64,000 nucleotides of DNA. It comes from a virus. Made by a program: the position numbers and the translations under genes. The stretch's first letter is position 1. The number at the start of each line of letters is the position of its first letter. Positions 59,335-64,000 of the stretch are shown here, piece by piece. The notes beneath the pieces are model-generated. The model worked only from the letters and a program-made list of their open reading frames with translations, had not been told where the DNA came from and searched no databases. Location of the stretch: IMG/VR virus record IMGVR_UViG_3300009103_002187, positions 15,765-79,764 of that record, one strand, 5' to 3'.

Positions 59335-60509
59335 GGGTCAATATCCAGTGCTGATTCTGTTTCAATCAATAAAGAACGAACCTCTTCATAAGACTCAGGA
59401 TCGATATTATCAAAATTTTCATTAAAATTCTTAATCATTACACGCTCAAGAAGATCATCAATGTACTTTGAATACTGACTGTCGCTCAGAAGCTCATTAA
59501 AATTAGCCTTGTGAAATTTTTTCTCCATTAGCACTTCTCCTGTCTTTACGTCTACGACAGAAAAGGTTTTCCAACTTCCAGTACCCTTAACAGTAATTTC
59601 CTTATCATTGATAATCTCAGGACCATGTTTTCTCAAAACATCAAAGATCTGCTCATGCTCCTTAATTCCCACGCCAAAGTGAATCTCAAAATTAATCTTT
59701 CTAAAAGGAGGCGCAACCTTATTCTTAATCGTTTTAGCAGAGACATGAATTCCAATCACATCTTCGCCATCTTTAATTTGCTGTCCTGCTCCAAGCTTAA
59801 TTCTTGTAGAGGCATGAAATGGAATAGCTTTTCCGCCCGGTGTCGTGTCAGGATCTCCATACATCACCCCAATCTTTGTTCGAATCTGATTAAGAATTAC
59901 AAACAATACATTTTGATTGGCGATAACTCCGGTAATCTTGCGCATCCCTTTTGAAATTGCTCGAGCTTGAAGGCCAATTGATTCCTTGTCATAATCGCCA
60001 ATTAGCTCAGCCTTTGGAGAGCTAGCAGCAACAGAGTCCCAAACAATTGTAATCGGAACATCTTTGTCCATTGCCTTAGCTTTCATGATGGTAGCCTCTG
60101 CAATAGAAAGCACTTCTTCCGTACAATGTGTATCAACGTATACAAACCTCTTAGCAACATCAATTCCTAAAAGACCTAAATTTTCTACACTTGTCGCATT
60201 TTCAGTGTCAATATAAACAACAATCCCACCCATCTGCTGAGTTGTTCTTGCAATCTGTGTAGCAATATGAGACTTACCAATTGACGGCGGCCCAAAAATC
60301 TCAACAATTCTCCCTTCTGGGAGTCCTCCGTCTCTTCGATTAGAACAGATATAATCTAGTAGCTTTGAACCTGTGCTAATCCATCGATTAACATGGGTTG
60401 GAGAAGTATCAACACTTAAGTTATACGCCACTCTCGATCCATGTTCTTTATTGAGAGCTTGGATTAAATCAGAGGTAAAATCCTCCATTCCGTTTGTCTT
60501 TTTAGCCAT
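59331..60509 (-). CDS. recA: RecA/UvsX recombinase
   Basis: ISTGS, GPPSIGKS, DSVAA, NQIR, TTPGGKA. Confidence 0.93.
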   Translation of the reverse strand: MAKKTNGMEDFTSDLIQALNKEHGSRVAYNLSVDTSPTHVNRWISTGSKLLDYICSNRRDGGLPEGRIVEIFGPPSIGKSHIATQIARTTQQMGGIVVYIDTENATSVENLGLLGIDVAKRFVYVDTHCTEEVLSIAEATIMKAKAMDKDVPITIVWDSVAASSPKAELIGDYDKESIGLQARAISKGMRKITGVIANQNVLFVILNQIRTKIGVMYGDPDTTPGGKAIPFHASTRIKLGAGQQIKDGEDVIGIHVSAKTIKNKVAPPFRKINFEIHFGVGIKEHEQIFDVLRKHGPEIINDKEITVKGTGSWKTFSVVDVKTGEVLMEKKFHKANFNELLSDSQYSKYIDDLLERVMIKNFNENFDNIDPESYEEVRSLLIETESALDIDP

Positions 60510-60561
60510 GTTCTATCCTCTTAGAGAATAATACATCATTAAGACAAATCTGTTCAAGCAT

Positions 60562-60596
60562 AAAAATAAAAAGCAGGAGCGAAATGCTCCTGCTTT
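60562..60596 (-). terminator. rho-independent terminator after the SSB gene
   Basis: aaagcaggagc/gctcctgcttt stem with T-tract on the - strand. Confidence 0.85.
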
Positions 60597-60621
60597 AAAT
60601 GTTGTCCACTGTCAATGGTGT

Positions 60622-61407
60622 CTAGATATCTTCTAGATCTGCAAATGCATCATCCAGGCTCTTATAAGACTTTCCGTTGGTCGTCGTGGAAGATGTAGTT
60701 GTTTCCGTAGCACTATTTGTACTCGTAGTAGATCCTGTCTCATCAGGAAAATCCGGACCATTGATCCACTCATTAACAATCTTTTCAAGCTCTTCATAAG
60801 GCTTGCATGTATAGATCGCGTCAAGATCAGGAGTATTGCTGAGCCAAGTTTGAGTCTGATCAGAATCACTAGAAAGCTTTGAAGAAGAACCCCTCGGACG
60901 CACATCAGTCATTGCCCACTGACGTCCTGGCGGCTTAACACAGGTCACCTTAATATCACGACCAGTAAGAGGATCGGTGATGTCTCCATAGTCTTCATCA
61001 AGCATCAAGTTAAGAATAGACTGATAAACAGTTTTTCCAAATGCCCAAAGACGAACTCCTCGATCTTCCTCACCTCGAACGATAACAGGGGCATAGGTTC
61101 TCATCTTTGGATAGAGCTTCTTTGCAAGCTCATAAGACTCCTTGCTTCCATCATCTCGAAGCTTAGTGATCAGCTCCTGAATAGGATCTGGGTTTCCAAA
61201 CTGGTAGGGAGCCAAAAGGCCCGGATTATTTCCAATATTATAATAGAAATAACGCTCCTTAAAAGGTTGCCCGTCATTATCAGGAAAAGCGAGAAGACGA
61301 ATCGTATACTCCTCTCCTTCCTTGGGACGCCACATCACGTTTGAGCGGCGGTTTTGGCCAGAAAGCTGGCCTAGCTTGCGACGAATTGCATCAAAATCAA
61401 TAGCCAT
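60622..61407 (-). CDS. T4 gp32-like single-stranded DNA-binding protein
   Basis: WRP...IRLL, GVRLW.FGK, YGDITDP..GRD; acidic tail DDAFADLEDI. Confidence 0.8.
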   Translation of the reverse strand: MAIDFDAIRRKLGQLSGQNRRSNVMWRPKEGEEYTIRLLAFPDNDGQPFKERYFYYNIGNNPGLLAPYQFGNPDPIQELITKLRDDGSKESYELAKKLYPKMRTYAPVIVRGEEDRGVRLWAFGKTVYQSILNLMLDEDYGDITDPLTGRDIKVTCVKPPGRQWAMTDVRPRGSSSKLSSDSDQTQTWLSNTPDLDAIYTCKPYEELEKIVNEWINGPDFPDETGSTTSTNSATETTTSSTTTNGKSYKSLDDAFADLEDI

Positions 61408-61486
61408 TTTTTAATCTCCAATATTTAATGGTTAATGCTTACTGTAACTGTTAATTGATAGTTTTTATTATCTTTAGTTACGAATC

Positions 61487-61514
61487 ATTCTACACACTCG
61501 TAACTCAATGTTCA
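61487..61514 (-). promoter_or_regulatory. putative promoter TGAACA-N16-TAGAAT for the SSB gene
   Basis: recurring motif. Confidence 0.6.
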
Positions 61515-62081
61515 CTTATTTTTTCTTGCTTTTTTTCTTTTTTTTCTTGTCTTTTTTGTCTTTCTTTTCTTTTTTGTCACTCCGGTTGCAAGTTTTGCAT
61601 TTCCGAAACTTCTAGCTGTTGGACCCCAGTGTGGGGCAGGGCCTTTGACCGGCGCCATATAACCAAAATTTCCAATACCACCAGCACCACCAACAGAACT
61701 ATATTCTTCTAAATCAGGATCTTCTTCAATCTCATCTTCATCAAGAATCTTCTCAGAATCCTCAGACGTCTTTCGGTCCTCAGCGAGAATGAGATGAATT
61801 AATTCGCGTAAAGATTCCATCACAGGTTCTTCATCTTCATCTTCTTCTGGACAGTCATCAAAATATGGATCTGGGCAGCCCGCTAAAGGCGTTCCCAGAC
61901 GCATAGAGAAGCTGACATCTGCTGAAGAGCTAGGGCCTCCACTTAATCCTGACATTGTAGGCGGGATCGGAGTGCTACCTAACCGATCCCGGGGCACCAT
62001 TGCACCGCCGGCCGGAACTGCTCTTCCCATACCAGACGGACGGTTATTATAATTTGACCTGTATCTACGAGTTGGCATCAA
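61512..62081 (-). CDS. low-complexity tag-bearing protein with a very basic tail
   Basis: MESLRELIHLILAE; KKKRKTKKTRKKRKKARKNK; ATAGTTA at 62085-62091. Confidence 0.65.
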   Translation of the reverse strand: MMPTRRYRSNYNNRPSGMGRAVPAGGAMVPRDRLGSTPIPPTMSGLSGGPSSSADVSFSMRLGTPLAGCPDPYFDDCPEEDEDEEPVMESLRELIHLILAEDRKTSEDSEKILDEDEIEEDPDLEEYSSVGGAGGIGNFGYMAPVKGPAPHWGPTARSFGNAKLATGVTKKKRKTKKTRKKRKKARKNK

Positions 62082-62090
62082 CTATAACTA

Positions 62091-62699
62091 TCACTCCTGA
62101 GATAGCTTTTCCTGATGTACGGCCATAATTTTAGCCTGTTGAAGAATCAGAGCCAGGGTCGGTTCTGAGCCTACATAAAATCTGTTCTCTTCGATATGCG
62201 AACCCCCTGAGATCTGAATGGCAATCCACTCATCCATTGTCAGCTTAACACCAAAGTGTTGTAATAGATACAACGTCCGATGAGTTGATGACATCTTTGA
62301 CAGATTCTCGTTGTATTTGTAATATTGACCCAGCTTTTCTCGGTGCCAACTTGAGTCCTGATCAATAAAAAGGTCGTGCTCAAGATCTCCCACCTTACCG
62401 ATATCATGCAACAAAGCAACTTTCAACACAGAGGAAATTGGAAATGACACGTCATAAGCTCTTACAAGCTTTCGAACATTAGATGTAACCTTTAGGGTAT
62501 GGTCAATTAGACCTCCCGGATAGGCCCCATGACGATCTAGATGTGTAGAAGCAGGACAGATTGACAGCCTATTTTCCAAAGACTCGATCAGACCCCTCAA
62601 TCCATCATCTTCCAATTTCCCGCAAAGGGCCTCAAAAGTCCCCCAATTCTTCTCAATCTTCTCAATATAATGCTCTGGATCAAACAAAAGCACCTCCAT
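62091..62699 (-). CDS. HD-domain phosphohydrolase
   Basis: H.AYPGGLIDH, LLHDIGK. Confidence 0.85.
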   Translation of the reverse strand: MEVLLFDPEHYIEKIEKNWGTFEALCGKLEDDGLRGLIESLENRLSICPASTHLDRHGAYPGGLIDHTLKVTSNVRKLVRAYDVSFPISSVLKVALLHDIGKVGDLEHDLFIDQDSSWHREKLGQYYKYNENLSKMSSTHRTLYLLQHFGVKLTMDEWIAIQISGGSHIEENRFYVGSEPTLALILQQAKIMAVHQEKLSQE

Positions 62700-62703
62700 G
62701 TCT

Positions 62704-62731
62704 ATTATAACACAAGACAGCCTAGTTTACA
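62704..62731 (-). promoter_or_regulatory. putative promoter TGTAAA-N16-TATAAT
   Basis: exact recurring motif. Confidence 0.65.
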
Positions 62732-62746
62732 CAAAATAGTTGGATT

Positions 62747-63937
62747 TTAGCCACAAACAATCTCTCCGCGTAGAAAAAATTCATTCTCAAATCCTGGAAT
62801 AATCGATCCAACTTGACAAAGCTCATCTATACACTCCTGTTCTTCCTCAGGAACATCTACAAAAAGGGCATCGTGGAGGACATAGATCGGTTTCATCTTA
62901 AGCTGACGCGCTTTAATGTGATCAAGAATTGAAGCAAATCCCTGTAAAGCAACATCAACTCCAGTAGATTGAACATAATAGCTAACAAGAATGTGAGGTG
63001 AGCTTACATCCACCTTCACGGGTCTTCCGTAAAAGTTCATAATTAACTCTCTCTCGTGAAGCTCCCGAGTAAGCCTTCGAGCAAGACTATTGATTCCAAA
63101 GTAATCCTTAATTTTGGAAAGAACATCAGCTGCATCTAAATCTGAGCCTATCACACTTTGAAGTCTTCGTGCAGAGATTCCAAATAATGCACCCATCACA
63201 GCAGTTTTTAGGTGTGTTCGGCTAGCCTTGAGGCTTAGCTTATCTTGAATTTCGCTGTAGATATCCTTTGGAGCATTTCTACCAAGAATCGATAAGGCCA
63301 CACGAGGCTCAAGAGAAACATAATCAAGTTGAACAATTTTTCCCTTGTTAAACCTTGAGGTGATCACATCCCGATAACCCCTCTTTAGAGTCAAGATCTG
63401 GGGACCAGAAATTACAGAAAGTCTACCCGTATTAGCCTGTTTGTATCTAGGCGGATTTAACAGCTCAGCTCCCTTTGGCGCCAAAAAGCTTCGCAAAGAT
63501 GAGCTGGAATCTTGTTTAAGATAAGCGCCTAACTTTCCCTTATCAATCTGCGCTTGAGAAAGACCCAGAATGACTTCTCTAGATCTCTCAAAGACTCGCA
63601 TGTAATTGGTATCATGAAAGACCTCAAGTAATCCAGAGAGATCACCTAGAAGGTCAGAAATACATCTCTGAAACTGCCCCCTGGGCATACATTTATGCCA
63701 AGGAATCGGACCTTTTGCGCCGAGATCCCGATAGATCTTCACGTGAGCTGGGCTGGGAAATTTCAAAGGATACCCTAAAAGCTCACAAGCTGCACCAAGA
63801 TCTCGAGATTGATCCGTGCCTCCAAAAACCCATGCCGCTTCAGGGATCTTATCAAGCCAAGTAAATCCTTTTTGTTCATCATCTTGAATAAGATGAGAAG
63901 TTGCTCCTAAAACATCCTTGTGCACACAGATCTGCAT
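62747..63937 (-). CDS. minimal family-A DNA polymerase (polymerase domain only)
   Basis: TGRLS, motif A LDYVSLEPR, motif B RTHLK...LFG, VQSTGVD, motif C LHDA. Confidence 0.8.
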   Translation of the reverse strand: MQICVHKDVLGATSHLIQDDEQKGFTWLDKIPEAAWVFGGTDQSRDLGAACELLGYPLKFPSPAHVKIYRDLGAKGPIPWHKCMPRGQFQRCISDLLGDLSGLLEVFHDTNYMRVFERSREVILGLSQAQIDKGKLGAYLKQDSSSSLRSFLAPKGAELLNPPRYKQANTGRLSVISGPQILTLKRGYRDVITSRFNKGKIVQLDYVSLEPRVALSILGRNAPKDIYSEIQDKLSLKASRTHLKTAVMGALFGISARRLQSVIGSDLDAADVLSKIKDYFGINSLARRLTRELHERELIMNFYGRPVKVDVSSPHILVSYYVQSTGVDVALQGFASILDHIKARQLKMKPIYVLHDALFVDVPEEEQECIDELCQVGSIIPGFENEFFLRGEIVCG

Positions 63938-63943
63938 ATCTCA

Positions 63944-63971
63944 ATCATAACTTATCAGATCGACATGTTCA
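63944..63971 (-). promoter_or_regulatory. putative promoter TGAACA-N16-TATGAT
   Basis: recurring motif 6 nt upstream of the ATG. Confidence 0.6.
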
Positions 63972-64000
63972 GGTTTAAAAGTTCTATTCGTTTTCTACAG

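Noticed and set aside
2-61712. Numerous short + strand ORFs (e.g. 2..331, 5744..6286, 40343..40696, 59625..59954) and nested - strand ORFs
   Set aside because: Antisense or alternate-frame shadows of well-supported genes, with no recognisable motifs
62091-62699. DatZ-like dATPase implying Z-base (2-aminoadenine) DNA
   Set aside because: No PurZ in the window and the HD motif is generic
1-64000. Stop-codon reassignment, as seen in some large phages
   Set aside because: Conserved enzymes are full length under the standard code, and TAA, TAG and TGA all end genes at expected positions; only one isolated in-frame TAA oddity (3888)
1-64000. tRNA, rRNA, CRISPR arrays, IS elements, introns or inteins
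   Set aside because: Intergenic gaps are short with no cloverleaf or repeat-spacer pattern seen; dnaE, nrdJ, recA and the helicase are of ordinary length; tRNAscan was not run

Overview
This 64-kb window looks like a segment of a large (jumbo-type) dsDNA bacteriophage genome, not a bacterial chromosome. Genes are densely packed, use the standard genetic code and lie almost all on the - strand (three credible + strand genes). It holds a phage-style replication block (gp32-like SSB, RecA/UvsX, 5'-3' exonuclease, DnaB/gp41-like helicase, class II RNR, DnaE and a minimal family-A polymerase) and many nucleotide-metabolism and repair genes. It also carries an unusually rich set of host-like metabolic genes (complete glyoxylate shunt aceB-aceA, GlnII, IscU/Nfu/IscA, SOD, IMPDH/GMPR, ClpP) and lysis-type genes. 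The most striking unexplained structure is a pair of short peptide tags, an amphipathic 'MKxT/SxxxLRxLIxEE' helix and a terminal 'ERWxxLAGL'. They recur in about 20 otherwise unrelated proteins and correlate with an ATAnTTA upstream DNA motif. They also sit between enzyme domains in polyprotein-like ORFs (ART-like + CCA-adding enzyme + HExxH; NTase + unknown domain). I interpret this as a virion cargo-targeting and protease-release system for injected enzymes; this is inference. Other highlights are a five-gene NTase / phosphoesterase / cytidylyltransferase / ligase-like operon and a kinase-thymidylate-synthase-fold fusion carrying the cytosine-specifying Asp, which hints at modified-base DNA. 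No tRNA, rRNA, CRISPR array or IS element was seen. All product calls come from motif recognition by eye, without database searches.
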